DNA of 64,000 bases from Chrysomallon squamiferum (taxonomy: Eukaryota; Animalia; Mollusca). The notes beneath the pieces are model-generated. The model worked only from the letters and a program-made list of their open reading frames with translations. It had not been told where the DNA came from and ran no database searches. Each line of letters starts with the position of its first letter. Positions within the stretch are counted from its first letter, which is position 1. This document shows positions 38,601-63,367 of the stretch, in pieces. The stretch lies in contig CM022675.1 in assembly GCA_012295275.1 (NCBI GenBank), positions 6,138,001-6,202,000 on the forward strand, written 5' to 3'. The translations under genes were made by a program, and so were the position numbers.

Positions 38601-41600
38601 GAGTGTGTTGTGAATGGTCTGAGAACACTGTCGAGCTGTTTCACAACACATCTGTGTAAAATGGAGTTCACAGATCAGGAAAACGAACTTTTGAATATTT
38701 CTTGTTTGTTTGGTGATGAAGATGTTGTGAAAATGTTGTTACAATCAGGTGTTATTCCAACACTAGATACAATCAGAGCAGCTGCATGTTCAAAAACAGA
38801 CAATGTTACCATACTCAAAAAAGTGTTAGAATATAAAATTCTTACCATAATTAAAAAACGTTCAAGGGGTAAAAACGTGGCTTTGAATCAGCATTCCTGT
38901 TTGTTACAACTTTCAATTTATTCATATAATATGAACATTGCGTGTTTGTTGGCTGACATTATGAACTGTGAGGAAGGCCACAGTAAATTCAAAGAAAAAA
39001 TTGTAAAACTGTTATTGATTAGGTTCCATACACAAGTAAAACCACTCTTTGATGTATTTGTTGATATAAGCCATCTTTTTAAGAAACTGGTTACCGCTGA
39101 CATAATTAACAAAATTGAAAACATTGCTATCATTGCTGCTGGTCAGAGGAATTCAGTTGTTATAAAAGAAATAGTAAAACTGAAACCTGATTGTTTAAAT
39201 GATGAGAACAGAGATAAAGTTCTTTTAGCAGCAGCAGTGTGGGGTTCTGTTGACACAGTCGATTTTCTCATTGACCAGAGACGTAATGATACAGGTGAGA
39301 AAAACTGGAAGAAAAGTCAAGTACTGAAAGTAGCAATACTGTTTAACAATGCAGATGTTGTTCAGTATCTACTTGATAAAGGAGCTGATTGTAATGCTAA
39401 TGTATCAGTTGATAGGTCATTGACTGATTGGTTTGAAAAGAAAACTGGATTAGAATGCTTGGATTCTGATTCGCCTCTCCACACATCAGCTCGGCTTGGT
39501 GACTTAGATTTGTTGAAATCACTGGTGGAAAGAAATGCTGATGTTAATGCAGTGAACAGTAAGGGAAAAACTCCACTTCACGATGCTGTGATTATCAAGG
39601 AACATAGAAAAGAATTAGCTTTGTTTTTGCTAGAAAATGGAGCTGATATTAACATTACAGATCAGAATAAGAATTCAGCTTTACATCTAGCAGCAGAACT
39701 TGGATATCTTGATATTGTGACAATACTGATTGAAAATGGTGCTAAGGTGAACATTATTAACAACGAAAGCAAAACTCCTCTTTTTGCAGCCCTCACTTCT
39801 TATGAACAACATCTATCTCTCAATTGTTATCAAAAGCATCCATCCGCAAATGATAAACTTGGGAAAGTTGTTTTGTATTTACTGGAACATGGAGCTGATC
39901 CTAAAATAACAGACGGTGATAACAAATCGGTTTTACACATAGCAGCTAAACTAGGAAATATAGAAATTGTGACAAAACTGGCAGAAAACGTTTTTGGTAT
40001 GAATATTAAAAACAGTGAAGGTAAAACTCCTCTTTTTACAGCTGTGGAGTACAAACACAACCATGTTGTTTTCTATCTACTGGAACATGGAGCTGATCCT
40101 AATATAACAGACAGTGATAACAATTGTGTTTTACATTTAGCAGCTGAATATGGAAAAATAGAAATTGTGACAGCGCTGATAGAAAAAGGTGTTGATATAA
40201 ATATTAGAAACAGTGAAGGTAAAACTCCTCTTTTTACAGCTGTGGAGTACAAACACAACCATGTTGTCTTCTATCTCCTGGAACATGGAGCTGATCCTAA
40301 TATAACAGACAGTGATAACATGTCTGCTTTACACATAGCAGCTAAGTATGGAGAATTAGAAATAGTGACAGCACTGATTGAAAAAGGTGCTGATGTTAAT
40401 ATTAAAAACAATACAGGTAAATCTCCTCTTCTTGAACTTATGAATATATGCTTTGATGAATATCATGAGGACTTTGATCGTGATCCCTGGATTATAATTT
40501 TGTGCTTGTTGGAACATGGAGCTGATCATAATTTAACAGACAGTGATAACAATTCTGTTTTACATCTAGCAGCTAAATGTGGAAAAATTGAAACTGTGAC
40601 AGCACTGATAGAAAAAGGTGCTGATGTCAATATTAAAAACAATGAAGGTAAAACCCCTCTTCTTACAGCTATAAATCATCAATACCGCTGGTACGATTCT
40701 CGTAATGATGAACATTGTGCAGTAGTTTTGTGTTTACTGGAACATGGAGCTGATCCTTTTTTGACAGACCGTGATAACAATTCTGTTTTACACTTAGCAC
40801 CTCAACTAAACAAAATTGAAATTTTTAAATCACTCATAGAAAAAGGTGTTGATGTAAATATTAAAAACAGCAGAGGTGAAACTCCTCTTTATACAGCTAT
40901 AAACAGATATAACTATGGTAGATACTTTGATGATAAACATTCCGAAATAATTTTGTATTTACTGGCACAGGGAGCTGATCCTAATTTAACAGACAGTGAT
41001 AACAATTCTCTTTTACACTTAGCAGCTCAACATGGAAAAATAGAAACTGTGACATCACTAATTGAAAAAGGTGTTGATGTAAACATTAGAAACAATGGAG
41101 GTGAAACACCGCTACTTACAGCTATAAATCATCAATACCTCCGTTATGATTCTCGTAATGAAGACCACTGTGCAGTAGTTTTGTATTTGCTGGAACATGG
41201 AGCTGATCCTTTCTTGACAGACTCTGATAACAATTCTCTTTTACACTTAGCAGCTGAAGATGGAAAAATAGAAATAGTGACAGCACTGATAGAAAAAGGT
41301 GTTGATGTAAACATTAGAAACAGTGAAGGTGAAACTGCTCTTTTTAGAGCTGTAAACTCTTACCAAAACAAAGTAGTTTTGTATTTGATGGAACACGGAG
41401 CTGATCCTAATTTAACAGACAGTGAAAACAATTCTGTTTTACATCTAGCAGCTAAGTATGCTAAATTAGAAATTGTCAAATCACTGATAGAAAAAGGTGC
41501 TGATGTAAACATTAAAAACAATGAAGGTGAAACTCCTATTCTTACAGCTATACATCATCAATACCTCTGTTATGTTTCTCGTAATGAACGTTATCCAGTA

Positions 41601-44245
41601 GTGTTGTATTTGCTGGAACATGGAGCTAAACCTAATATAACAAACAGTGATAACAATTCTGTTTTACACTTAGCAGCTAGATATGGAGAAATTGAAGTTG
41701 TGACAGCACTGATTGAAAAAGGTGTTGATGTAAACATTAAAAACAATCAAGGTGAAACTGCTCTTTTTGAAGCTGTAAACTCTTACCAAAACAAGATAGT
41801 TTTGTATTTGCTGGAACATGGAGCTGATCCTAATTTAAGAAACAGATATAAGAATTCTTCTTTACACATAGCAGCTGAGAATAGAAATATAGAAATTGTG
41901 ACAACTCTGATTGAAAATGGTGCTAAAGTAAATATTAGAAACAAGAAAGGTGAAACGCCTCTCCTTACAACTGTAAATCATGTTAGGGATTTTCACCTTT
42001 TTAAAGATATATATTGCAAGGTGGTTTTGTACTTACTGGAGCATAGAGCTGATCCTAATTTAACAGACAGTGATAACAATTCAGCTTTACACATAACAGC
42101 AAAAAATGGAAAACTTGAAGTTGTGACAGCACTGATTGAAAAAGGTGCTAAAGTAAATATTGTAAACAATGAACATAAAACCCCTCTATATACAGCTGTA
42201 AACTACAGACAGACTGAAGTTGTTGTTTATTTACTGCAACATGGAGCTGACCCTGAATTAAGAGACAGTGATAACAATTCTGTTTTACACATAGCAGCTA
42301 AACAAGGAACTATAGAAATTGTGACATCACTGATAAAAAACGGTGTTGATATGAATATTAGAAACAATGAAGGTAAAATTCCTCTTTTTACAGCTTTTCA
42401 CTACAAACAGAATAATGTAGTTTTGTATTTATTGGAATATGGAGTTGATCTTCATTTAAAAGACAATAACAACAATTCTGTTTTACACATAGCAGCTAAA
42501 GAGGGAAATACAGAGATTGTCAGAGCATTGATTAATAAAAGTGTTGATGTAAATATTAGAAACAATGAAGGTGAAACTCCTCTTCTTACAGCTGTGATCC
42601 ACAAACAGTCCGAAATAGTTTTGTGTTTACTGGAACATGGAGTTGATCCTCATTTAAAAGACAATGACAACAATTCTCTTTTACACATAGCAGCTAAAGA
42701 GAGAAATATAGAAATTGTCAGAGCATTGATTAATAAAAGTGTTGATGTAAATATTAGAAACAATGAAGGTGAAACTCCTCTTCTTACAGCTGTGATCCAC
42801 AAACGGTCCAAGATAGTTTTGTGTTTACTGGAACATGGAGCTGATCCCAATTTAACAGACAGATATAACAATTCTGATTTACACACAGCAGCTAAACAAG
42901 GAAATATAGAAGTTGTGAAAGCACTGATAAGAAACGGTGTTCGCATGAATATTAGAAACAATGAAGGTGAAAGTCCTCTTCTTACAGCTGTGAACCACAA
43001 ACGGTCCAAGATAGTTTTGTATTTACTGGAACATGGAGCTGATCCTAATTTAACAGACATTGACAAAAATTCTGCCTTACATGTAGCAGCTAAACGTGGA
43101 TTAACAGAAGTTGTGATGGCACTTGTGGAAAGAGGTGTTGATGTAAATATCAAAAACAATCAAGATGTAACTCCTCTTTTTACAGCTCTAAACAAAAGAA
43201 TGGGGAAAACAGCTTTGTATTTACTGGAACGTGGAGCTGATCCTAATTTAACAGACATTGACAAAAATTCTGCCTTACATGTAGCAGCTAAACATGGATT
43301 AACAGAAGTTGTGATGGCACTTGTGGAAAGAGGTGTTGATGTAAATATCAAAACAATCAAGATGTAACTCCTCTTTTTACAGCTCTAAATAAAAGAATGG
43401 GGAAAACAGCTTTGTATTTACTGGAACGTGGAGCTGATCCTAATTTAACAGACATTGACAAAAATTCTGCCTTACATGTAGCAGCTAAACATGGATTAAC
43501 AGAAGTTGTGATGGCACTTGTGGAAAGAGGTGTTGATGTAAATATCAAAAACAATCAAGATGTAACTCCTCTTTTTACAGCTCTAAATAAAAGAATGGGG
43601 AAAACAGCTTTGTATTTACTGGAACGTGGAGCTGATCCTAATTTAACAGACATTGACAAAAATTCTGCCTTACATGTAGCAGCTAAAAATGGATTAACAG
43701 AAGTTGTGATGGCACTTTTGGAAAGAGGTGTTGATGTAAATATCAAAAACAATCAAGATGTAACTCCTCTTTTTACAGCTCTAAATAAAAGAATGGGGAA
43801 AACAGCTTTGTATTTACTGGAACATGGAGTTAATCCTAATGTAATAGACAAACATAAAAATTCTGCCTTAGGTGTAGCAGTTGAACATGGATTAACAGAA
43901 GTTGTGATGGCACTTGTGGAAAGAGGTGTTGATGTAAATATCAAAAACAATCAAGATGTAACTCCTCTTTTTACAGCTCTAAATAAAAGAATGGGGAAAA
44001 CAGCTTTGTATTTACTGGAACATGGAGCTGATCCTAATGTAATAGACTATGATGAAAATTCTGCCTTACATGTAGCAGCTATACGTGGATTAACAGAACT
44101 TGTGAAGGCACTTGTGGAAAGAGGTGTTGATGTAAATACTTCTAATGCTATGGGACAAACACCTCTCGAGATGGTTGGTGGTAGACGTAGGGAAAAAAAG
44201 AAGATTGTTTCCTATTTATTGAGTCATGGTGCTAAGGAAAATTAA
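35682..44245 (+). CDS. NLR-like gene 2: acidic N-terminus + RHIM-like motif + nSTAND3-type NTPase + longer ankyrin array. Exons 35682-35823, 36362-36478, 36941-36973, 37177-44245; 1-bp frameshift at about 43350 (about 2453 aa if corrected)
   Basis: Same exon structure and NTPase motifs as gene 1. ORFs 37176-43367 and 43397-44245 join if one A is restored in atcaaaa(a)caatc. The C-terminus (EMVGGRRREKKKIVSYLLSHGAKEN) matches that of gene 1. Confidence 0.86.
43035..44140 (+). repeat. Coding tandem repeat: about 5.5 near-identical 198-bp units (two ankyrin repeats each)
   Basis: Units start at about 43035, 43233, 43430, 43628, 43826 and 44024 (ggagctgatcctaat...). Confidence 0.9.
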
Positions 44246-47141
44246 ATGACCAAATTTATTTTGCATAAATAAAACTACTAATAATAATATTCACTACATC
44301 ATGGAGATAAATGTAATTTGACTGGTGACAGGAAAATTGTTGACTTGTTCAAAAATGTGGAAAATGACTTTAGATAGAACTGTTGTTGAGATTATCATCT
44401 ATAAAGTAAGACCAAAATTTCTAAGACATCTCCAACATTGACAAAAATGTGTTACGAATCTAGCTTTGTCAGTATAGACATATTGGAGAAAATTGACTTT
44501 AAAGAAGTTGTGTCATTTGCGATATGTGCCGTTAGGAATCATTTGTTTATTGTTAAAAGTCAACAAAATTTCACACGAATAATAAGTGAACAAACTGTGA
44601 AAGCTAAATAGTTGCTTCTTTATTTGTAATGCTATTCATATTGGAATCCACATTTCATTATAAAAAATAAAACAATGTACATTGAATAAATCAGACAATT
44701 ATATACATTTTTATTTTGAATGTTTTCAGTGATATTCTCAATTATATTTTAAAAATACTTTCAACAAATTGATTTAGAATTAGCTGGACTCAAATAAAGT
44801 TTAAGAAAAAAGATTTCTTTGAAAAAAATAATAATAGTATATATATGTTTTTAAATTCAGTTATTTTTCTTTCCTGAAAACATTTCATCATAAAGCAATA
44901 CTGAAATAATTCTATGAAAATTAATATTCTCTGAAATAGTTTTTGATATTTAAAAACAACAATAACAAAGAAATAAATGTGATTTTTATATTGATTTATT
45001 TAATTTTTATTATTATTTAAATTCTTTGAAATTCTCAAAATGTGATTTTTTAATAATTAATAATAAACAAATTCAGAATTTCAATTTTATGTTTCTAAGT
45101 TAAGAAATATGAAAATGCTGTCATAACTTGAGTGTTTTATCATTCAAATTCTTTCTTTTTCTTTGTATTACCATATCTCTTCACAGAAGTCAGTTCTTTC
45201 ATCACTATTACTCGATTCGTCACAGTCTGCTGGTTTTTGATGGGCTGTATTCATTGCTTCTAGATGTGTTTATATAAATATTGTTGGTGTTTCCTGTCCA
45301 GTCCTAGTGATATAATTATTTCTTTGGTTGGAGCTGTCTTAAATTAAGCAAGGTTACCAATTCTTGATCACCATTAGAATATTTCTTCTCAAAAATCGAG
45401 CCTGGATTTAAAATCAGTTTATGAACAGTACGATGATTTTGTTACATTTATACTCAAGATACAGGGTTTTTTTAGGGGATGGGTTGAGTGTTTCTTTTGT
45501 TGTTTTTTTACACCACTTTTGGAGTCTCCTTTGTTGATCAGAAAGGAACTTCCCAAAATAATCGAATTCTTTTCATAATCTGTTAATGAAGCGATATACA
45601 ATCTTAAATGATAAACGGTATTTTGGTCAAAGATCTCATAATGGGATTTTCCTTCATTTATTTTGAATGCGTTTTTCTAGTTTCTCCATATCCTGATCCT
45701 TGACAACAAAAACAGTTCATTCCTTTAGAGATTCTAATAAATCGATTGTGTTCATCTGGCACTATCAATGTAATCATGACTGATCTTGTCAGTCCCATTC
45801 TGGTTATCTGAATCAGCATGAATTGAAACTCCATATTCATCACTATCTTGGTCAGAATCTGAGAACAAACTATTCACTTGGGCTTTGTCCCATGTCTATA
45901 ATTGAAAACGTTCTTGTAAATGAGGATTCAAAACAGAAGTATGTTGGGGATATCCCAAATGGGAGATGGCAGAATAATATAATTTAAAAAATTAGCTTTT
46001 CTTTATTTGCTTTACATAAAGAATGATCTTTATATAAAGAATCATCTATAATTAATGATGATTATCAATAGGACAGGGTTACAAAGCAAATACATCTAAG
46101 AGACATTTCTTATGAACTGAAAACAACAACAAACAAAAAACTACTTTATTATTAACTGTAAACTGTTATAAATCATTTAGCAAATGAAAGTGAAATACAA
46201 AATCACTTATTTAAGCATGTGTTTTTTGTGAAATGCGATGCTGTCTTTAGAATACCGAGAAAGCTTAGCACAGAGTTCATACGCCAATCAGCATACTGGA
46301 TATGCCACACCATCGTCTGTATCTTGGCAACAAGACATTTTGTTTATCTTTAGAAATTATTTACTTTCAGTGATCATGATATCACTGTTAATATGATAAC
46401 AACTTCTATAAAATAACAAACAAGATATTTCCAGCTTTTCAGTGATAACAGGATATCGGGGATATCCCTAATAGAAGGGGCAAGATTATTATAATAATAT
46501 TTTCTTCTTAGTTTTGTTCAGATAAATAATGATGATTGTTAGTAAGAGACGATTACTAATTGGAGGTGTTAGATAATTTATATTATATACATTAACAAAA
46601 CTGAGAATACTTAAAACAGAAGTGATATTCCTGTTGCTACTTTTGTATTTTATGAGTGACAACTGACTCAGTTTGCCGTCTCGAATAACATTTCACTGAA
46701 TTCTTCTTCCCATTTTGAGACAGATTATTTAATCAAATGAAAATTAATATTCCAAAATAAATGTTCAAATAGTTTTGTTTGAAATAGGTGTGGATAATAA
46801 TGAATATAACTGTTGTTGTGAAGGAAACTAATTTATGTTTGTAATTTCTGAGGTATGAAGTTTATCTTAATTATGTACTTCATTCTGATAGACATTGACT
46901 TGTGAAATATTTGTAACTGTTTCATCTGGCTTTATTGTTTATGTAATGTTTTCAGATAGTTATGTCTTAAAAATATGTACATTTTTTAACTGACTGGTTT
47001 TTATCTAATTTCTTATTTTTTGTTAAATTTTTTGTTTACTCAGTGTCTTTACTTTTTTAGTTTTGAATTTTAAAAGTGAAAACAAAATTCTTGATATTTA
47101 TATGACGCCATTTTATTTATGTTTTCATTATTATTATTATG

Positions 47142-47190
<49 letters not shown>

Positions 47191-48580
47191 GTTTTATGGA
47201 TATGTTTGAAACATATCTCTCTCTTTGTTATTACTACTACTACTAACACTATTTTGTTGATTTATGATGTATCTAATCCAGATATGATTCCAGTATATTT
47301 TCCTCTTGAATATATATTGTTTTTATGTATAATAATAATTGTTTTGACTTTGTTAAAATATTTCAGTTGAAACTCGAATGTGTTTACTAAAAGTACACTT
47401 TGACATTGAAGACACTTATTTTTTTAAGAAGAAAACAAGCAAAAACTTTCTAGCCCTAACCCAATTTATTATTTTCATTAATATCATTTTTAATTTTTTT
47501 ACTGTTTTTTTACTTTTTTTTTTTTTTTTTTTTTTTTTAACAGGATTTGGTATTAGCTTTTATTAATTACTTAGACTTGTTTTTCTGTTTGTTGTAGTGT
47601 TTAAAAAAGCTTTTTTATCTTTTGCTGTTGTTGTTATCACTACTACTACTTTGTTGATTTATAATATATTTGTACAAATATGCTTCCACTACGTTTTCCT
47701 TGAATATTTTCTCGTATTTTTTATTTTTATGTTCAGTTATTGTTTTCACTTTGTTAAAATACTTCAGTTGATGACATATTAAATTTGCATTATTTCTGAT
47801 GTTTTATCACATACCAACCTTAATATATAATTTTTTTAATTAAACAGCATTTTTCCATTATAATACTTCTGTATCTTATTGATTTTGATACAAATATTTT
47901 CTTTAGTTATTTTCAAGAACTGTTTCTTATTATTATTATTACCTTGCTGTATTTTTGTTGATTATTCCTAAAGTAATTTGCTTAATTATTTAATTAGTTT
48001 TCTCTCCTTTTATTTCTAACAATGATTTAGTATTCATTTAGTTACTATTTACATTTGTTGAATTAAGTAATTATTTCAAATGTATCAAGAAAGTAAATGT
48101 TAATTTTATTATAAATTTTAATTCACGTAAGAATTAATAGGTTAGCAGTCACAGAAGTAAATAAATAAAAACTGATTTACACAATCACGAAAGATAAAAT
48201 ATTACAAAGTCTATTTCTTTTGAGTTTGTCATCAAATGAAAAATAAAATAGGATTTAAGTTTTTATTATAACATTTATAATTGTTTCATTTAAGGAATCG
48301 CAGCTTAGTGTTTTTGATTGAGAGAAACTATTTTTACTTTTATGATGATGATGATGATGATTTTTATTATTATTATTTGTTTATTTTATTTTATTTTATT
48401 GTTTAAATTAATTATTTATTTTATTAAAATTAATGTTTAGTCTTATTATTTTGTTGTGTTTCTCTTTTCTTTTGTTGATTTTTTGTGGTTTTTCTAAATT
48501 GAATTTATTTTCATTTATGGCACCCATGTAATGTTAGTTGCACAATTATATGAAATAGTGTGGACAACTCTCAAGTAATT

Positions 48581-48625
<45 letters not shown>

Positions 48626-50312
48626 TAATTAGATGCCTCTTAGGGGGATTGCGTTATAGATAAACAGATACACACAGAGAAAAAGAAAGAAAGATTTTAT
48701 ATATATACGTTTATATGAGTATTTGAATAGAGAAATGAATTGTCTGAATTTCCCAAAATCAACGAATTAATAGGAATAACAGTTCTATGAAAGTGGAAAT
48801 AAATAGAAATGTACAAATTATGTAGATTTCATTATTACTATTATCATTTTTCTATACATTTTTAATGTGTACAAGTTAAATTAACCTTATAACACTGTTA
48901 CAAATTAAATACAATAAATATTTTAATCTGAGTCTTTATGTATTTTGTTGTTTTATTCTTATTAGCATATTTTTGCTTAATAGTCTTTATTTATACATTA
49001 TTAAAGAAATGGAATAACATTTTCGAAAATTGACTTTCCAAGCAGCAGCTAATAATTTACATAAAACAAACCAAACTGAAAGATTCTTGCAGAAGATGCC
49101 TTTCTGCTACAATGAAACTTTTCTCTTCAACTTTATCATAACATATTTAGGTTGGGCATATTCATGTTCTCAAATATCTACTGTTTGTAAACATTTAACT
49201 GTTGTTTTCATTTTGCTCTGTCATTCTGAAGGAATCAGTATGTAGATTTCTGACTATGTAAACATTTTTTTTTTTTTTTTCAACCTTGTGATTTCCATAG
49301 TTTGGTTATGTAATCAGATCTATTGTTGATCATTAGCATGCATCTTGCTCTAAATGCACAAAACAAAGTAAACAGAGTAGGTTTTTATAAGTAGTATAAA
49401 AAGAATAAAATAAAAACAATAAATAAAGAATAACAACAACAATAATGAGAAATTAAATAAATAAGTACAGGAAAAAAGAGAAAATAACAATTAAAATAAT
49501 TTTATAAATCAGAAATTAAGAAATAACTTAAAAAACAAAAAAACTCCATCTACTTAACAGCTGTCAGTTAAAGGACTCAGAAAACAAACTGCTGTTACAT
49601 GGTATATATAATTTATTAAATACAAAGGTTAACTACACTGAACACACTATTCTTGAATAAATTAGAATACAAGATCTAAAATGCTACTGTAGTTTTCTGA
49701 GTAATGTCGAGAAAAAAAACAAAAACAAGCTTCATGTGGAACATGTCAATTTTTCAATTTTAAAAAACATTTCAGCCATATACTCACAGAATAACATCAA
49801 CAAAAACAAATATAAATAAACACTTGTAACAACATACGGACACAAATAAAAATAAACACACATGTCTTCACAACTGTCTTTCTCTTAATCATACACAAAA
49901 TGTTAGACCATGTAATAAAAAACATTAGGTGAGATGTTTCTAAATCCATGTTTCACTTGAAGACAAAAGAAACTCTGGAATTATGCTCACTTTACATTAA
50001 TCTATCCAGACCAATAAAATTAAAGGTACACAAATAATGAAAAAATGAAACAGGGGAACAATTCTTCATAAACAAAGGAACTCTGTATTTATTGTGACTT
50101 ACATTAATCTACCTGTCAGTCTAATATAGGTAAACAGGTAGACAAACAAATAAAATTTAAACAAAAAGAGAAAGAAATGAAACGCATTGACTCCTTTACA
50201 AACAAACAAAAAACTAAATGAAAAAAAAGGTGCAAAAAACGAAATCTTTAAAAAAGCCATTCATCTTTAAAAAAAAAAAAAAATAAACTGAATAAAATAA
50301 TAACTTCAAATA

Positions 50313-50351
<39 letters not shown>

Positions 50352-51293
50352 AAACAAAACAAAAGACTAAAATAAACAAAACATCAAACATAAGAAAAAA
50401 AATTGAAAACAATTCAAAAATTATACAAAAAACTGGGAAGATAACCAACATCAAAAGAATGCTTGATGGTTTAAAAATACTATAAAATATTGATAAAAGG
50501 TCCACTTCTATTCATATTTTCATTAATACAGTGTACGATATTAAAATAATTTCATAAGTTGAAATATAGATTTTGAGAATAAAAACAAATACCCCCATTA
50601 CTATTGCTCAATTTGTTTTATAAAAAGCACCAGTAATTCATAAGTTCAAAATGAACATACATATAAAATAGAATAATCTAACAAACATATTGATATGATA
50701 TGAAAATAATACAAGTGATGAAGAACATTTGTACTACAGTATTTTAGTAAATTAGTAATATTCTCTCTTTTTCTCATCCTTCATCATTTACTGTGTTTTT
50801 CTCTCCCACTCATTCTTTTTATTCAAAATCTAGCGTACAAAAACATACGATTGTAAGTAGAACTCGTACATAAAACACATTTACAAAAACTGCAAAGTCA
50901 AGCATTTTATTTTTTTACAAAATAAATAATGACAACACTGCAGAAATATAAAACATAGTTGCATACTGTTGGCACTTATTGGATTAACACACTCAGACAG
51001 ACACACACACAAACAAATGTAATGTATATGTATTAAAAACAAAGTGATTACAAAAGCACTATGTAAATCAATATACATTAACAGACCAACATTTATTTAT
51101 AATATTATTAAAAATATATTCTAAATAAGGAATCTACAATATTTAAAAAGTTTAATGTGAAGACAGTAAAATAGTAAGCAATAAAATACAGTTAAATAAA
51201 ACTGATATATAAACAGTTTACTGCAGTAAAATCTATTATACAAAACACCTCAGTGTGATATTTAACACACACACACACACACACAAAAACAAA

Positions 51294-51332
<39 letters not shown>

Positions 51333-51569
51333 ACAAACAAACACACAAACACACACACAAACACACACACATAAATACTGACACACAGCAAAACAGAGCA
51401 ATGCACAGAAAAGATGAGCACCAGAAGTTACAATCATTAACTCTACAGATATATCTTTACTCTGATATGATAACTAAAATAACAACTTTCAAATAGCGGG
51501 TTCAAAAATAAAAATGTCTACACAAATAAAATTAAAAACAAGTAAAACATTTTAAAAGCTAGCTATACA

Positions 51570-62353
<10,784 letters not shown>

Positions 62354-62364
62354 CTGGAAGAGAT

Positions 62365-63367
62365 GTAGAACAAAATCAATAATATAGAAAATACTTATAT
62401 ATATATCAATAATATTCAGTTAGTAGAACAAAACCAAGTATATAGAAAGTACTTTTATAGATCAATAATATACAGTAAGTAGAACAAAATCAAGTATATA
62501 GAAAGTACAAAATAGATCAATAATATATAGAACAGAATTACAGAAAATATTATATAGATGAATAATATACAGTAAGTAGAACAAAATCAAGTATATAGAA
62601 AGTACTTTTATAGATCAATAATATACAGTAAGTAGAACAAAATCAAGTATATAGAAAGTACTTATATAGATGAATAATATACAGTAAGTAGAACAAAACC
62701 AAGTATATAGAAAGTACTTTTATAGATCAATAATATACAGTAAGTAGAACAGAATTACAGAAAGTACTTATATAGATCAATAATATACAGTAAGTAGAAC
62801 AGAATTACAGAAAATACTTATATAGATCAATAATATACAGTTAGTAGAACAGAATTACAGAAAATACTTATATAGATCAATAATATACAGTAAGTAGAAC
62901 AGAATCAAGTATACAGAAAATACTTATATAAATCAATAATATACAGTTAGTAGAACAGAATTACAGAAAATACTTATATAGATCAATAATATACAGTAAG
63001 TAGAACAAAATCAAGTATACAGAAAATACTTATATAGATCAATAATATACAGTAAGTAGAACAAAATTACAGAAAGTACTTATATAGATCAATAATATAC
63101 AATAAGTAGAACAAAATCAAGTATATAGAAAGTACTTGTATAGATGAATAATATATAGTAAGTAGAACAAAATCAAGTATATAGAAAATACTTATATATA
63201 TCAATAATATAGTTAGTAGAACAAAATTAAGTATATAGAAAGTACTTATATATATCAATAATATACAGTAAGTAGAACAAAACCAAGTATATAGAAAGTA
63301 CTTATATAGATCAATAATATACAGTAAGTAGAACAAAACCAAGTATATAGAAAGTACTTATATAGAT
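62365..63367. repeat. Intronic minisatellite, 56-bp unit with a 50-bp variant, about 18 copies
   Basis: Unit agtagaacaaaatcaagtatatagaaagtacttatatagatcaataatatacagta; starts about 10 nt from the LMLN acceptor at 62354-62355. Confidence 0.93.

Noticed and set aside
43397-44245. Separate 282-aa ankyrin gene
   Set aside because: It is the frameshifted C-terminal continuation of gene 2.
20799-44245. Bacterial endosymbiont or viral origin of the ankyrin genes (contaminant or recent transfer)
   Set aside because: The genes have conserved spliceosomal introns, host-like composition and microsatellite-rich flanks contiguous with LMLN. An ancient transfer cannot be judged from this window.
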